64,000 bases of DNA from Nitrospiraceae bacterium (GCA_002726235.1 PBSN01000008.1:282749-346748), one strand, 5' to 3'. Positions 1 through 10,885 are shown, counted from the first letter of the stretch. Notes: generated from the sequence alone by a model not told the origin. Program-made: numbers and translations.

Positions 1-124
1 TTTCTCCTCGCGCGAGTGCGTTTTTCATTGATTCAAAAATGGTATTAACCACAATCTCAACTTGACTTTTTGTCAATTGGGATATTTGGGTGGTCAGTTG
101 ACGTATCAGGTCAGCTTTTGTCAT
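1..124 (-). CDS. ihfB: Integration host factor beta / HU family protein, partial (runs off window start)
   Basis: Manual translation from ATG at 124: MTKADLIRQLTTQISQLTKSQVEIVVNTIFESMKNALARGE; follows rpsA-sppA. Confidence 0.85.
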   Translation of the reverse strand, partial: MTKADLIRQLTTQISQLTKSQVEIVVNTIFESMKNALARGE

Positions 125-229
125 AGGCAACGTTTTCCAATTTTCTTGTCTCCGTTCATGAGGTTTGCCTTTGTTGCACCGGTGTTGGTAATCACTATCA
201 ATACCTAACTCAGCTACATGATTCTTGCA

Positions 230-1141
230 TCATAATGAAAATTTGTATTTGAGGCTAAACATTGCTGGCGTAGTAATTGTATATAGGGCCTCACGGAATT
301 GGATGCGAATAAAATCCTGTAATGAAAACCGCGGTTTTGCTTCGATGACAGTTGGCTCTTCACTGATGCCAGCAAGATCTGCCGCCACTTGGATTGCGTC
401 TTGTAGTGTTCCCAAGCGATCTACAAGATTGGCTGCAAGTGCTTGACGTCCGGTAAAAATTCTTCCATCGGCAAGGGGGTTGACTTGGTCAACCCCCATT
501 TTCCGCCCTTCTGCCACTGCATGAATAAACTGATCATGGACATCGTCCATGACGTGCTGAAGAATGGCTCTCGCGTCCTCACTGAGAGGTAGAAATGGTG
601 ATCCAATATCTTTATGGAGCCCGCTCTTCACCACAACACTCTCAAGTCCTATCTTGTCAAGAAGTTTCTCGACATTGGTTATTTCCATGATAACTCCGAT
701 GCTTCCAGTAATGGTTCCGGGGTTCGCGAGAATGGTATTGGATGCAGAGGCAATGTAATACCCTCCAGAGGCCGCCATGTCTCCCATTGAGGTCACCACC
801 ATTTTTCCCCCGTCATCACGGACGCGCTTTAGTGCCGCATAGATTTCTTGGGATGGGACTACCGCTCCCCCCGGGCTGTCAATGCGGACAACGATTGCTT
901 GAATAGTGGGGTCATCAGTAAAGTGCTCAATCTGGTCTATAATTTCTTGCGAATCGAGGATGATTCCTTCGATGCGGATCAAAGCGATGTTGCTATCATT
1001 CCCAATCGGTATCGCCTCTACGAGCAGGGTGATTCCAAGGACCAGGATGAAGAATCCTGCAATAACAAGGCCTATAGTTCTAATTCCACGGCTGAGTGGC
1101 GATGGGCCGCGAGAGTTTGAAACCGATTCATTCATGATCAT
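230..1141 (-). CDS. sppA: Signal peptide peptidase SppA (S49, short type)
   Basis: N-terminal TM helix, RIDSPGG, AASGGYYIA, TGSIGV, DGRIFTG motifs; start may be 1135. Confidence 0.95.
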   Translation of the reverse strand: MIMNESVSNSRGPSPLSRGIRTIGLVIAGFFILVLGITLLVEAIPIGNDSNIALIRIEGIILDSQEIIDQIEHFTDDPTIQAIVVRIDSPGGAVVPSQEIYAALKRVRDDGGKMVVTSMGDMAASGGYYIASASNTILANPGTITGSIGVIMEITNVEKLLDKIGLESVVVKSGLHKDIGSPFLPLSEDARAILQHVMDDVHDQFIHAVAEGRKMGVDQVNPLADGRIFTGRQALAANLVDRLGTLQDAIQVAADLAGISEEPTVIEAKPRFSLQDFIRIQFREALYTITTPAMFSLKYKFSL

Positions 1142-1166
1142 TAATTCGTGTCATTGGGATACGGGT

Positions 1167-2897
1167 TCATGGAATGTTTTCACCATCTGTTTTTTCCTCG
1201 ATGGGAGTTTCGGTCGCGGTGTCGTCGGAGTTTTCCGCATCAACTTGTTGCGTTTGGTTAAATGTTTCGATTTGTTCTCGCTCAATGCCTTGGCGATATT
1301 CACGGATGCTGAGGGCAATCTTTCGTTCCACAGTATCGACTTTGATCAGCTTTGCCTCGACTTCTGTGTCCACAGTAAAGTGATCTTCTATTTTGGCACT
1401 TCCTTCTAGGTCGGCTTCGCTGACATGAATAAGTCCTTCGACTCCTTCTTCAAGTTCCACAAATATGCCAAAATCTGTGATCTTCGAAATCCGTCCCTTC
1501 GATATTTCCCCCACATGATAGCGACTTGGAATAAATTCATCCCATGGATTTGCAGTTAATTGTTTGTAACCCAAGGAAAGACGTTCTTTCTCGCGGTCGA
1601 TTTTAAGAACCACAGCCTCGGTTTGTGAGCCTTTTTTAAAAATCTCCGATGGATGCCGGATGTGCTTTGTCCATGACATATCTGAGATATGGATTAAACC
1701 GTCAATACCTTCTTCCAGCCCGATGAATGCGCCAAAATCAGTGAGACTTTTAACTTTACCTGGAATTGTGGCGCCCACGGCATATTTGCGTTCGATGAGA
1801 TCCCATGGGTTTGGTTCAGTCTGCTTTGTTCCAAGGGATATTTTTCTTCCATCCTGGTCAACATGAAGCACAGTGACCTCAATCTGGCTACCGACTGAAA
1901 GTATTTTTGAAGGGTGGCGAATTTCTTGTGTCCATGACATCTCGGAGACGTGAACGAGCCCTTCGATGCCAGGTTCAAGCTCCACAAACGCGCCATAATC
2001 CGCTAGGCTCACCACCTTTCCTGTATGACGGATCCCAACGGGATATTTCTCGTTCATATGAATCCAAGGATCCTCCGAGCGTTGTTTTAGCCCCAAAGAT
2101 ACCCGAGAGTTTTCACGATCATACTTGAGTACCCTCACATTGATCTTGTCTCCGACGACACAAATCTCCGCAGGGTGAGTGACTCTTCCCCAGGACATAT
2201 CAGTAATGTGTAACAGCCCGTCGATTCCTCCCAAATCGATAAACGCTCCGTAGGCCGTGATATTTTTTACTGTGCCATCAACGAATTGGCCTTCTTCAAG
2301 GGAGGCGAGGGTGTCTTTTCGTTTGATTGCCCGAGCCTCCTCAAGGACAACACGTCGTGATACCACAATGCTACCGCGCTGGTGATTGAATTTAATAATT
2401 TTCATGGGGAATGTTTTGCCAATCAGTGCATCAAGGTCTCGAACAGGGTGAAGATTTACCTGTGAACCTGGAAGGAACGCTTTGACTCCGATATCGACTA
2501 TCATTCCACCCTTAATACGAGAGACAATACGACTTTCAATGACAACTTCGTCGTGATACCACTTTTCTAATTCTTCCCAAACCTTCATTTTGTCGGCTTT
2601 TTCTTTGGAAAGGATCAGGTTGCCTTCATGATTTTCTTTTTGCTCAATGAACACTAACATTCGGTCGCCAACTTTGAGGTCTTCAAGTTCCTGCTCAGTG
2701 AGCTCCCTGACAGAGACCATTCCCTCGGATTTATAGCCGATATCAACAAGAACATGGTCTTTCCCGATATTGATGACTTCTCCTTCCACAACGGAACGTT
2801 CTGTAAATGGACGAAACGACTCTTCATACATTTCGTCCAAGGAGGGCTCATCGTTGGCAAGGGCCTCTTCTACTGGTGTGGCTATTGGCTGTTCCAT
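1167..2897 (-). CDS. rpsA: 30S ribosomal protein S1
   Basis: Repeated S1 domains (YGAFIDLGGIDGLLHITDMSW, YGAFVELEPGIEGLVHVSEMSW). Confidence 0.98.
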   Translation of the reverse strand: MEQPIATPVEEALANDEPSLDEMYEESFRPFTERSVVEGEVINIGKDHVLVDIGYKSEGMVSVRELTEQELEDLKVGDRMLVFIEQKENHEGNLILSKEKADKMKVWEELEKWYHDEVVIESRIVSRIKGGMIVDIGVKAFLPGSQVNLHPVRDLDALIGKTFPMKIIKFNHQRGSIVVSRRVVLEEARAIKRKDTLASLEEGQFVDGTVKNITAYGAFIDLGGIDGLLHITDMSWGRVTHPAEICVVGDKINVRVLKYDRENSRVSLGLKQRSEDPWIHMNEKYPVGIRHTGKVVSLADYGAFVELEPGIEGLVHVSEMSWTQEIRHPSKILSVGSQIEVTVLHVDQDGRKISLGTKQTEPNPWDLIERKYAVGATIPGKVKSLTDFGAFIGLEEGIDGLIHISDMSWTKHIRHPSEIFKKGSQTEAVVLKIDREKERLSLGYKQLTANPWDEFIPSRYHVGEISKGRISKITDFGIFVELEEGVEGLIHVSEADLEGSAKIEDHFTVDTEVEAKLIKVDTVERKIALSIREYRQGIEREQIETFNQTQQVDAENSDDTATETPIEEKTDGENIP

Positions 2898-2927
2898 GAG
2901 ATGTTTACTATCTCCTAAGGTGAAAGG

Positions 2928-3659
2928 TTAATAAGATGCCAGCGACTGTTTCGTCGTATCAATCGTTGGCGTAGGATCTGATCGATGTTTTATTTGTCTT
3001 TGCTTGATGAGTGCAAGGATTGCATCAACTACTTGTATTGCTGACAGATCAGTTGTATCGATTATCGTCGCGTCAGAGGCAGGACGCAAGGGAGCTGAGT
3101 TACGGTTTGCATCGCGAGTATCACGCTCCATCAATTCGCTGGCGGCTGTTTCATGTGACACAGCCGCATCGTGGCCTTGTAGTTCCAGAAAACGTCGTTG
3201 AGCTCTGATGGTCGGGGAGGCATCAAGAAAAACCTTGATCTCCGCGTCTGCGAATACATGTGTTCCCATATCGCGGCCTTCCGCGACTATTCCTTTGTCA
3301 TTCCCACAGTGGCGTTGTATGGGTCTTAAGAATGTACGCACAGTTGGAAGTCTTGATATTTCCGAGGCGATAAGGCTTATGTGAGACGTCCACAGTTCGT
3401 GCGTGAGTCGAGTTCCATCAACCACAACAGACTGGTAATCGCCTTGGAGTGAAAGTAGAAAATTTGTCGTTTTGCAGAGAGCAAGGACGGCATCTTCATC
3501 ATCAGTATTCACACCTTGCTTCGATACTTTCCAAGCAACGGCACGATAGAGTGACCCGCTATTCAGGTATGGGGTTCCAAGGTGTTTTGCAAGAGATTTA
3601 GCAAGGGTGCTTTTACCTACGCCTGCCGGTCCGTCAATTGTTATTGTCAGCGCACTCAT
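2928..3659 (-). CDS. cmk: Cytidylate kinase
   Basis: ITIDGPAGVGKST P-loop, EGRDMGT; ATG at 3659 overlaps the aroA stop. Confidence 0.96.
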   Translation of the reverse strand: MSALTITIDGPAGVGKSTLAKSLAKHLGTPYLNSGSLYRAVAWKVSKQGVNTDDEDAVLALCKTTNFLLSLQGDYQSVVVDGTRLTHELWTSHISLIASEISRLPTVRTFLRPIQRHCGNDKGIVAEGRDMGTHVFADAEIKVFLDASPTIRAQRRFLELQGHDAAVSHETAASELMERDTRDANRNSAPLRPASDATIIDTTDLSAIQVVDAILALIKQRQIKHRSDPTPTIDTTKQSLASY

Positions 3660-4963
3660 GAAGTCTCGACGTGACATGTAGGTGCAATTTGCCGAAGCTC
3701 ATTGAGAAAACTTGGAAAGGAGGTCTGAATGCAATCAATATTTGTGAGCGTTGTGGCTTCCGAAGCTTTGAGGGCAGCAATGGCCATTGCCATGGCGACA
3801 CGGTGGTCCCCATAGCTTGGACATTCTGCTCCACGTAATTGTGTTCCTCCATGAATTACAAGGCCATCTGGGCGTTCATCCACGTCAACTCCAACACGTC
3901 CGAGTGCTTTGGCCATGGTTGCAATTCGGTCACTTTCTTTCACGCGAAGGTCTTCCATTCCCGTGATACGAGTCTGTCCCTTGGCGAATGCTGCCGCAAC
4001 ACACAGGATAGGAAACTCGTCAATTGCCCGTAACATGTCTTTTGGATCAATTTCAGCACCTTCTAGGTGTGATGATTGGATATGAATGTCCCCGATGGGT
4101 TCTCCAGCGTCGTCATGAATGTCTAGGGTTTGTAATGAAGCGCCCATTGTTTTGAGGATATCCAAGAGTCCGATCCGAGTTTGATTCAAGCCGACATTTC
4201 GAATCGTGATACTCGAGTCTGGAAGTATCAATCCCGCAACAATAAAAAAAGCAGCTGACGAAAAATCACCTGGGACAGTAAGGTCTCTTGCCGTGAGAGC
4301 AGATGGATGAAGATGGATCATTGTATCACTTTTACACTCTAGCTGGACTCCAAAATATTGCAGCATGCGTTCTGTGTGATCGCGGGAACGAGCGGGCTCA
4401 CAAAATGTTGTTGGGTGTTCAGCAAGTAACCCGGCGATGAGAATTGCGGACTTGACCTGTGCGCTTGGGATTGGTGAGGTATGGGAAGTTTTCCGCAGAC
4501 GCGTTCCTTGGATGGCGAGGGGGGCTAGCTCTCCTCCTTTGCGTCCGTTGATTGTCGCGCCCATCTGCCGCAATGGGGTCACGATTCGGCCCATCGGACG
4601 TTGCCGAAGTGATGCATCTCCGGTTAAGACAGAGAAGAAATCTTGCCCACTAAGTAGCCCGGTGAGTAGGCGCATGCTGGTCCCGGAATTGCCGCAATCG
4701 AGAACGTGTTGCGGCTCTGAAAATCCCCACGAACCCTTTCCGAACACACGCAATTCGGCGTTGCGCTCTTCGATTGAGATCCCTAGTGCTCGAATGGCGC
4801 TGATGGTGCGGAAACAGTCCTCTCCATCACAGTAGCCACGAATGGTGGACGTGCCTTCGGCCATTGCGCCAAAGATCACGGCACGATGAGTAATCGATTT
4901 GTCTCCTGGAATAGGAATTTCCCCATTGATTGGGCCGGAAGGAGTGATACTTAACCGTGTCAT
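3656..4963 (-). CDS. aroA: EPSP synthase
   Basis: PGDKSITHRA, DCGNSGTSMRL, SAQVKSA, LRVKESDRI, DHRVAM. Confidence 0.98.
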   Translation of the reverse strand: MTRLSITPSGPINGEIPIPGDKSITHRAVIFGAMAEGTSTIRGYCDGEDCFRTISAIRALGISIEERNAELRVFGKGSWGFSEPQHVLDCGNSGTSMRLLTGLLSGQDFFSVLTGDASLRQRPMGRIVTPLRQMGATINGRKGGELAPLAIQGTRLRKTSHTSPIPSAQVKSAILIAGLLAEHPTTFCEPARSRDHTERMLQYFGVQLECKSDTMIHLHPSALTARDLTVPGDFSSAAFFIVAGLILPDSSITIRNVGLNQTRIGLLDILKTMGASLQTLDIHDDAGEPIGDIHIQSSHLEGAEIDPKDMLRAIDEFPILCVAAAFAKGQTRITGMEDLRVKESDRIATMAKALGRVGVDVDERPDGLVIHGGTQLRGAECPSYGDHRVAMAMAIAALKASEATTLTNIDCIQTSFPSFLNELRQIAPTCHVETS

Positions 4964-5835
4964 CAGCACAGTTGATCCCTAAGGTTTTTCGCTTGAGTGA
5001 AGGTATGTTGTAGGCCGTGCCTGTCACGTTGTCTAACAAGACTTGTTAATTTGCTGATTTCGCCTTGGTAGGTCTCGAGCATCATGACTAGATTTTCCGC
5101 ATTCCGACAACAGATCTCGCTCCACAAGGACGGAGAACTTGAGGCGATACGAGTCATGTCATTCAAACTTGGAGGTAAGAAGGTCGGGGTGTTTGCGGTG
5201 GGGAAGATAGTCTCTTGGATAAGTGCAATGCTATTCAGTGTCGCATACGCGATCATATGTGGGAGATGGCTTACAGCACCAAAAATTTTATCATGTAGAA
5301 GAGGGTCCATCATTGTTACGATTGAGCCAATTGACTCCCAAAATGAACGAATCATGTTGAGTGCGTTTGCGTTGGTTGCTGTGGTTGGTGTCAACACGCA
5401 GTGCTTGCCGTTGAAGAGATCGGCACGGCTTGCCGCGGCACTTGATTTCTCGCTTCCGGCAATTGGATGTGTCCCAACAAAGTAACGATGTGGGGGGAGA
5501 AGTGCATCGATGTTCATAACCATCTGGCCCTTCACGCTACCCACATCACTTAGAATGGCATCTCGTTCGAGAACGTGGATGGTGGAACGAACGATTTCTT
5601 CAAATGTTTCCACTGGTGACGCAAGAATAACCAAAGATGAACCTTTGACTGCACGTGAGAGATTCGTTTGCCCTCGGTCGATGGCGCGTACTGCAAGAGC
5701 CTGCTTGATGGCTCTATCATCCATATCGGTACCGACAACAACATCCACAAGGCCTGTTGATTTTGCTGCAAGGCCTATAGATCCTCCAATGAAACCAGTA
5801 CCAATAATTGTGATTTGAGAAAAATGTGGTCGCAT
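4963..5835 (-). CDS. tyrA: Prephenate/arogenate dehydrogenase
   Basis: GTGFIGGS Rossmann motif, SDVGSVK, HPIAGSE, SHLPH. Confidence 0.93.
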   Translation of the reverse strand: MRPHFSQITIIGTGFIGGSIGLAAKSTGLVDVVVGTDMDDRAIKQALAVRAIDRGQTNLSRAVKGSSLVILASPVETFEEIVRSTIHVLERDAILSDVGSVKGQMVMNIDALLPPHRYFVGTHPIAGSEKSSAAASRADLFNGKHCVLTPTTATNANALNMIRSFWESIGSIVTMMDPLLHDKIFGAVSHLPHMIAYATLNSIALIQETIFPTANTPTFLPPSLNDMTRIASSSPSLWSEICCRNAENLVMMLETYQGEISKLTSLVRQRDRHGLQHTFTQAKNLRDQLC

Positions 5836-5838
5836 AAA

Positions 5839-6948
5839 TTAGAGGTTGCTACTCGCATTTGATGCAGGGGATGTCTGCATCACGGTGCGAAACGCAGTAA
5901 TAAATCGTTCATTTTCATGGGGGAGTCCTACGGTGATGCGCAACATTGGTCCATCAATATGTCGGACGATGACTCCAAATCGTAGGAGCGCTTCAAAGGC
6001 AACTTTCCCGTTTTGTTTTGTATTGACGTACACAAAATTGGCTTCCGAGTGAGTAAATGGTAATCCAAGTTGGGTAAATGTATCGTAGAAAAGTGCCTTC
6101 CCGGTAAGATTCATTGCGCGACTGGCATTAATGTGATCATCATCTTGTAATGCAGCCAATGCTGCTCGTTGTGCTAGTGTGTTGGTGTTAAATGGAAGCC
6201 GAATCTTATTCATGGTTTCGATCACGGTGGGTGAAGCAATACCGTACCCAATTCGAAGACCTGCAAGGCCGTAAATTTTAGAAAACGTTCGAAGTACGAC
6301 AAGAGGATGTCCTTGCGATTGAAGGCCGATGATATCTGGATAGTCAGGTGTCGTCACATATTCGCCATAAGCTTCATCGACGACTACAAGCACATGTTTG
6401 GGAATCTGGTGCAGGAAGGAGAGAAGTTGTTCACCATTAACTATGGTGCCAGTGGGGTTATTTGGGTTGCAGATAAAAAGCAGCCGTGTTCGTGGGGTGA
6501 TGGCCTTGGCCATAGCTGACAGGTCATAATGACAGTCAGTTAAAGGAACAATGATTGCATTCCCAAATCCAGCGGTTACCGCAGTCTCGTAAATAGAAAA
6601 AGAAGGGGTAGCAATGATTGCATCATCGCCTGGCGCCATGACGGTCTTGACGAGAAGTGCAATAAGTTCGTCTGAGCCATTGCCCAGCATGATACGGTCG
6701 GCAGTAATTCCGTATTTCTGAGCAAGCGAGTGCTTTAATGCAGTTCCGTTACCATCGGGGTATCTGTTAAGAGTGTTGGTCTCATCTCGTAGGACTGATA
6801 GAGCTTTTGGAGATGGTCCCAATGCATTCTCATTGGATGCAAGTTTTGTTGCTTGAGTAATCCCGAACTCCCGCTCAATTTCCTCAGCAAGACGTCCAGG
6901 AATATATGGGTTGATTGCTGCAATTGTTGGGTGAATTTCAATTGACAT
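5839..6948 (-). CDS. hisC: Histidinol-phosphate/aromatic aminotransferase
   Basis: KLASNEN, NPNNPTG, DEAY, RTFSKIYGLAGLRIGY; start may be TTG 6960. Confidence 0.95.
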   Translation of the reverse strand: MSIEIHPTIAAINPYIPGRLAEEIEREFGITQATKLASNENALGPSPKALSVLRDETNTLNRYPDGNGTALKHSLAQKYGITADRIMLGNGSDELIALLVKTVMAPGDDAIIATPSFSIYETAVTAGFGNAIIVPLTDCHYDLSAMAKAITPRTRLLFICNPNNPTGTIVNGEQLLSFLHQIPKHVLVVVDEAYGEYVTTPDYPDIIGLQSQGHPLVVLRTFSKIYGLAGLRIGYGIASPTVIETMNKIRLPFNTNTLAQRAALAALQDDDHINASRAMNLTGKALFYDTFTQLGLPFTHSEANFVYVNTKQNGKVAFEALLRFGVIVRHIDGPMLRITVGLPHENERFITAFRTVMQTSPASNASSNL

Positions 6949-6983
6949 GTGAAGTGCCAAACGGTTTTGTCGTTGTCTTACTG

Positions 6984-8066
6984 CTACTTCTCATGTTCCT
7001 CCGCAGGATAGGAACCTAGGAGCTTCATGCCAAGCGTTTGAGTCTCCAGTTCATGGATGGTTTTTGTGACGAGTTCATCATCGATGTGCCCCTCAATATC
7101 GATAAAAAATACATACTCCCATGCTTTTTGCCGAGAGGGACGTGATTCAACTCTTGTTAGGTTGATGCCATGGGTTGCGAATGGTCTTAGAAGATCGCAC
7201 AGTCCACCAGGGCGATCTTTTGTGTATATCATGAGTGATGTCTTGCTTTTTCTTGTACGCTCAGGTGCATGGTTCGACAAGACAAGGAAGCGTGTATAGT
7301 TATTGAGGTGACCTTCTATATGCTTCTCCATGATGTTTAGTCCGTAAATTTTGGCTGCAAGTTCTGATGCAATCGCAGCCGTTGTTGGATCTTCTGCGGC
7401 AAGTTCGGCTGCTCGTCCCGTACTAAACACATCGATGACGGGTGGCCCGGGGATGTTGTCTTCGATCCAGTTTCGGCACTGCGCAATAGCGTGAGGATGG
7501 GAGTAGATTGTCTTAATCTCATCCAAAGTCGTAGCCTTCGAGAGGAAATGGTGGCTGATTTCTTGTGATATCTCGCCGTAAATTGTCGCGGACGATTCAA
7601 AAAACATATCAAGGGTGTGATTGACCACCCCTTCTGTTGAGTTTTCAACTGGAACAATGCCGAAATTGGCTTGACCTCGACAGACTTCCTGAAATACGCC
7701 TTTGATGCTATGTATGGGGATATATTCGGCTGAAGACCCTAATTTTCGTATTCCCGCAAGGTGGGTGAATGTTCCTTTTGGGCCAAGGTATGCAACCTTG
7801 ATTGGGCCTTCAAGGCACAATGAGGCGGACATGATCTCTCGAAAGACGTGACGTATAGCTTCATTTGGATATGGCCCTGGGTTGTTTTTGAATAGGCGCT
7901 CAAAAACCTTTGCCTCACGATTTGCGGTATGAAGATTAACGCCCTCGCCATTGGCCATTTTTATGGCACCGATGGCGATGACCGCCTTGGCGCGATCACC
8001 AAGGAGTCGGAGGATCTGATCGTCAATTCGATCGATGTCTGACCTGTACGATTCAAGAGATGGCAT
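6984..8066 (-). CDS. pheA: Chorismate mutase / prephenate dehydratase
   Basis: N-terminal CM domain, YLGPKGTFT, PVENSTEG, NYTRF, ACT domain ESRPS. Confidence 0.97.
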   Translation of the reverse strand: MPSLESYRSDIDRIDDQILRLLGDRAKAVIAIGAIKMANGEGVNLHTANREAKVFERLFKNNPGPYPNEAIRHVFREIMSASLCLEGPIKVAYLGPKGTFTHLAGIRKLGSSAEYIPIHSIKGVFQEVCRGQANFGIVPVENSTEGVVNHTLDMFFESSATIYGEISQEISHHFLSKATTLDEIKTIYSHPHAIAQCRNWIEDNIPGPPVIDVFSTGRAAELAAEDPTTAAIASELAAKIYGLNIMEKHIEGHLNNYTRFLVLSNHAPERTRKSKTSLMIYTKDRPGGLCDLLRPFATHGINLTRVESRPSRQKAWEYVFFIDIEGHIDDELVTKTIHELETQTLGMKLLGSYPAEEHEK

Positions 8067-8195
8067 GGGACGTAATTCAGACGTAATTCAATAGAAATTT
8101 CAATAAGATACGATGGTAACGATACAAGAATCATGACGTGTTTGCAAGGGCTCGCAAAGTCTAAACTTGCTGCCAAAATGGAGAGTAAATGGCCG

Positions 8196-8224
8196 TTGAC
8201 TGATGCGTAGAACTTTGATACCTT
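8196..8224 (+). promoter_or_regulatory. Candidate sigma70 promoter for M23-bactofilin
   Basis: TTGACT-N17-TACCTT. Confidence 0.35.
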
Positions 8225-8285
8225 TCCTTCCGATAGTGCCCTCTTGTGGGCTGGATTTATAGGCTAATATTCCAAAAGGAGGGGT

Positions 8286-9209
8286 GTGCGCAAAAGTGAT
8301 TCTTATGCGGTGGTGATCTTTCATCATCATGCATCTCCGCCACGGCAGTTCTTTGTCAAGAAAAGGACCGTGAAGACTTTTGCTCTTGTCCTGCTCGCCA
8401 TCTTGGGGGGGCAATGGGTTTTCTTTTCTCAGTTTCTTGATCAGCGTCAGAAACTTGATGAACTTGATCGTCTTCGCGTAGAACTTGAGGTGAGTCAAAA
8501 AGAGGCGTTCGCTGCAAATTCTGCAATTGATAAACTAAGATTCCAGCTTGCGGATATGAAAAGTCTTACGACGAAGGTGAGGGAGATGCTGGGTCTCCAA
8601 CAAGACTTTGATGGGGCTGTTTCTGGGCAAGGTGGGGAGGAAAATTTATCAAAACTTTCAGGTAGTGAATTCTCTGATGATCAGCAGTACGCTGGGCTTG
8701 ATGTAATTCGTTCGGATATCCAGCAAGAACTTGCGTGGTTAAGAAGCGATGCCAAAGTTGAGCATCGCGATTTGCAGGCGCTTGTTGAAACGGTTGAAAA
8801 TCGGCGCGCGCGCTGGGAGGCAACTCCTGCGATCTGGCCCGTGAAGGGTTGGGTGACATCGGGTTTTGGTCCACGGATGTCTCCATTCACTGGTCGGCCT
8901 GCGAAGCATCATGGTATTGATATTCGCGCTTCGATTGGAACTCCAGTTGTCGCACCCGCAGCGGGCACCGTTGTTCGTCGTACGCATGATACTGGGTTCG
9001 GGAAAGTGCTCACGGTTAATCATGGTCATGGCGTTTCAACACGGTATGGGCACCTACACACAATGGATGCGACTGTTGGCCAAAGCATTTCGCGAGGAGA
9101 TGTTATCGGAACTGTGGGAAACACTGGACTTTCAACCGGACCACATCTCCATTATGAGGTTCATGTGAACAAAGTTCGCATTGATCCTATGAAATTTATC
9201 CTTGAATAA
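8286..9209 (+). CDS. Membrane-anchored M23 metallopeptidase with coiled coil
   Basis: TM segment, coiled coil, HHGID and TGPHLHYEV motifs. Confidence 0.93.
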   Translation: MRKSDSYAVVIFHHHASPPRQFFVKKRTVKTFALVLLAILGGQWVFFSQFLDQRQKLDELDRLRVELEVSQKEAFAANSAIDKLRFQLADMKSLTTKVREMLGLQQDFDGAVSGQGGEENLSKLSGSEFSDDQQYAGLDVIRSDIQQELAWLRSDAKVEHRDLQALVETVENRRARWEATPAIWPVKGWVTSGFGPRMSPFTGRPAKHHGIDIRASIGTPVVAPAAGTVVRRTHDTGFGKVLTVNHGHGVSTRYGHLHTMDATVGQSISRGDVIGTVGNTGLSTGPHLHYEVHVNKVRIDPMKFILE

Positions 9210-9255
9210 TAATATGTTACGATGCAAAACCTAATTGTTCCGGAGAGATATTAAC

Positions 9256-9696
9256 ATGTGGAGCTTTGGGAAGACGTCGGAGGTAGAAGAGTTAGAAAAT
9301 GCGGAGCTTCTGACGTTTGTGGGAAGGGGAGCTGAGCTTTCGGGTGATATCAAGGTCGAAGGTTCAGCGCGCGTTGATGGAATGATCGAAGGCTCCGTGC
9401 ATGTTAAAGGTACGCTGATTGTTGGAAAACACGCCGTCATTAAGGGTGATGTTACTACGAAGGCGCTACTTAGCTCTGGAAATATTAGGGGAGATGTAAT
9501 TGCTCTGGAGCGTGTGAAACTTTTGTCTCCCTGTGTGTTGACAGGAAGTGTTCAGACACCGCTTTTGTCTGTTGAGGAAGGGGTTCTCATTAGCGGCACA
9601 TGTGATATGGTTTCTCCGTCCAGCGACTGCGAAGACCGGCCTATTGAGGAACTCTTACAGCAACACGAAGATTATCCCGTCGCGGCTAGTCGGTAG
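9256..9696 (+). CDS. Bactofilin (polymer-forming cytoskeletal protein)
   Basis: Beta-helix pattern TFVGRGAELSGDI, ARVDGMIEGSV, LIVGKHAVIKGDV, LSVEEGVLISG; GGAGA before ATG 9256. Confidence 0.92.
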   Translation: MWSFGKTSEVEELENAELLTFVGRGAELSGDIKVEGSARVDGMIEGSVHVKGTLIVGKHAVIKGDVTTKALLSSGNIRGDVIALERVKLLSPCVLTGSVQTPLLSVEEGVLISGTCDMVSPSSDCEDRPIEELLQQHEDYPVAASR

Positions 9697-9724
9697 TCCT
9701 AGCCAACTTTAGCTCTCCGGCTCT

Positions 9725-10885
9725 CTACATTCCTACTTCTCGTCGTAACGGTTCTACCATGTTTGTGTCTTCCCACGTGAAGCCCGGTTCATTGCGACCA
9801 AAATGTCCGTACGTAGCAGTCTGCCGATAAATTGGGCGTCGTAATTTGAGATGGTCAATCATTTTGCTTTGGGTGAGTGGGAAAACGTTTCGAATAGCCT
9901 TGATGAGCCTATCATGCGGGACCGTTTCTGTGTTGTGTGTGCTTGCAAGGACTGATACAGGTTCGACGACTCCAATTGCATATGCAACTTGAATTTCACA
10001 TCGTGACGCCAAGCCTGCAGCGACAATGTTTTTTGCGATATAGCGCGCCATATAAGATGCTGAGCGATCGACCTTAGTGGGGTCTTTCCCCGAAAATGCA
10101 CCACCTCCGTGGCTTCCGACTCCGCCATACGTATCCACAATAATTTTACGTCCGGTGAGCCCAGTATCTCCATGCGGACCTCCAATGACAAAACGTCCAG
10201 TTGGGTTGATATGGTATGTAACTGTCTTTTCGTCGAACAGTTCTGGAGGCATGGTGGGGCGAATGACATGCGCGATAATATCATCGTGAATTTGTTTATT
10301 TGTAGCCTTTTCGTCATGTTGGGTGGAGACGACAATGGTGTCAATTTTTACGGGTTTTCTCTCGCGATACTCTATCGTCACTTGGGCTTTGCCATCTGGA
10401 CGTAGGTACGGGAGAATATTTTGTTTGCGGACCTCGCTGAGCCGTCGCGTGATTCGATGCGCAAGAACAATTGGCATAGGCATGAGTTCTTTGGTCTCAT
10501 TGCTTGCATAGCCAAACATTAGTCCTTGATCCCCTGCACCACCAACATCCACACCTTGGGCGATATCCGTCGATTGACTATGGATTGCAGTCAAAACAGC
10601 ACAGGTGTCGCCGTCAAAACCGAACGTTGCGTCAGTATAGCCAATGTCTTTGATCGTTGCTCGAACAATATCAGGAACTTCGACATAGCAACGCGCTCCA
10701 TTTGTTGTGGTAATTTCTCCTGCGATTAGTGCAAGTCCAGTGGTTACAAGTGTCTCACAGGCAACTCGGCAGGTAGGGTCTTGAGCAATAAACGCATCAA
10801 GAATCGCGTCTGAAATTTGATCTGATACTTTATCCGGGTGCCCTTCAGTCACAGACTCAGAGGTGAAAAGAAAAGATTGATCCAT
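9725..10885 (-). CDS. metK: S-adenosylmethionine synthetase
   Basis: [28 protein letters not shown]. Confidence 0.99.
   Translation of the reverse strand: MDQSFLFTSESVTEGHPDKVSDQISDAILDAFIAQDPTCRVACETLVTTGLALIAGEITTTNGARCYVEVPDIVRATIKDIGYTDATFGFDGDTCAVLTAIHSQSTDIAQGVDVGGAGDQGLMFGYASNETKELMPMPIVLAHRITRRLSEVRKQNILPYLRPDGKAQVTIEYRERKPVKIDTIVVSTQHDEKATNKQIHDDIIAHVIRPTMPPELFDEKTVTYHINPTGRFVIGGPHGDTGLTGRKIIVDTYGGVGSHGGGAFSGKDPTKVDRSASYMARYIAKNIVAAGLASRCEIQVAYAIGVVEPVSVLASTHNTETVPHDRLIKAIRNVFPLTQSKMIDHLKLRRPIYRQTATYGHFGRNEPGFTWEDTNMVEPLRREVGM

Noticed and set aside
9200..9225. dif-like AT-rich sequence GAATAATAATATGTTAC
   Set aside because: Spacing and arms do not match the XerC/XerD dif consensus; overlaps the M23 stop codon
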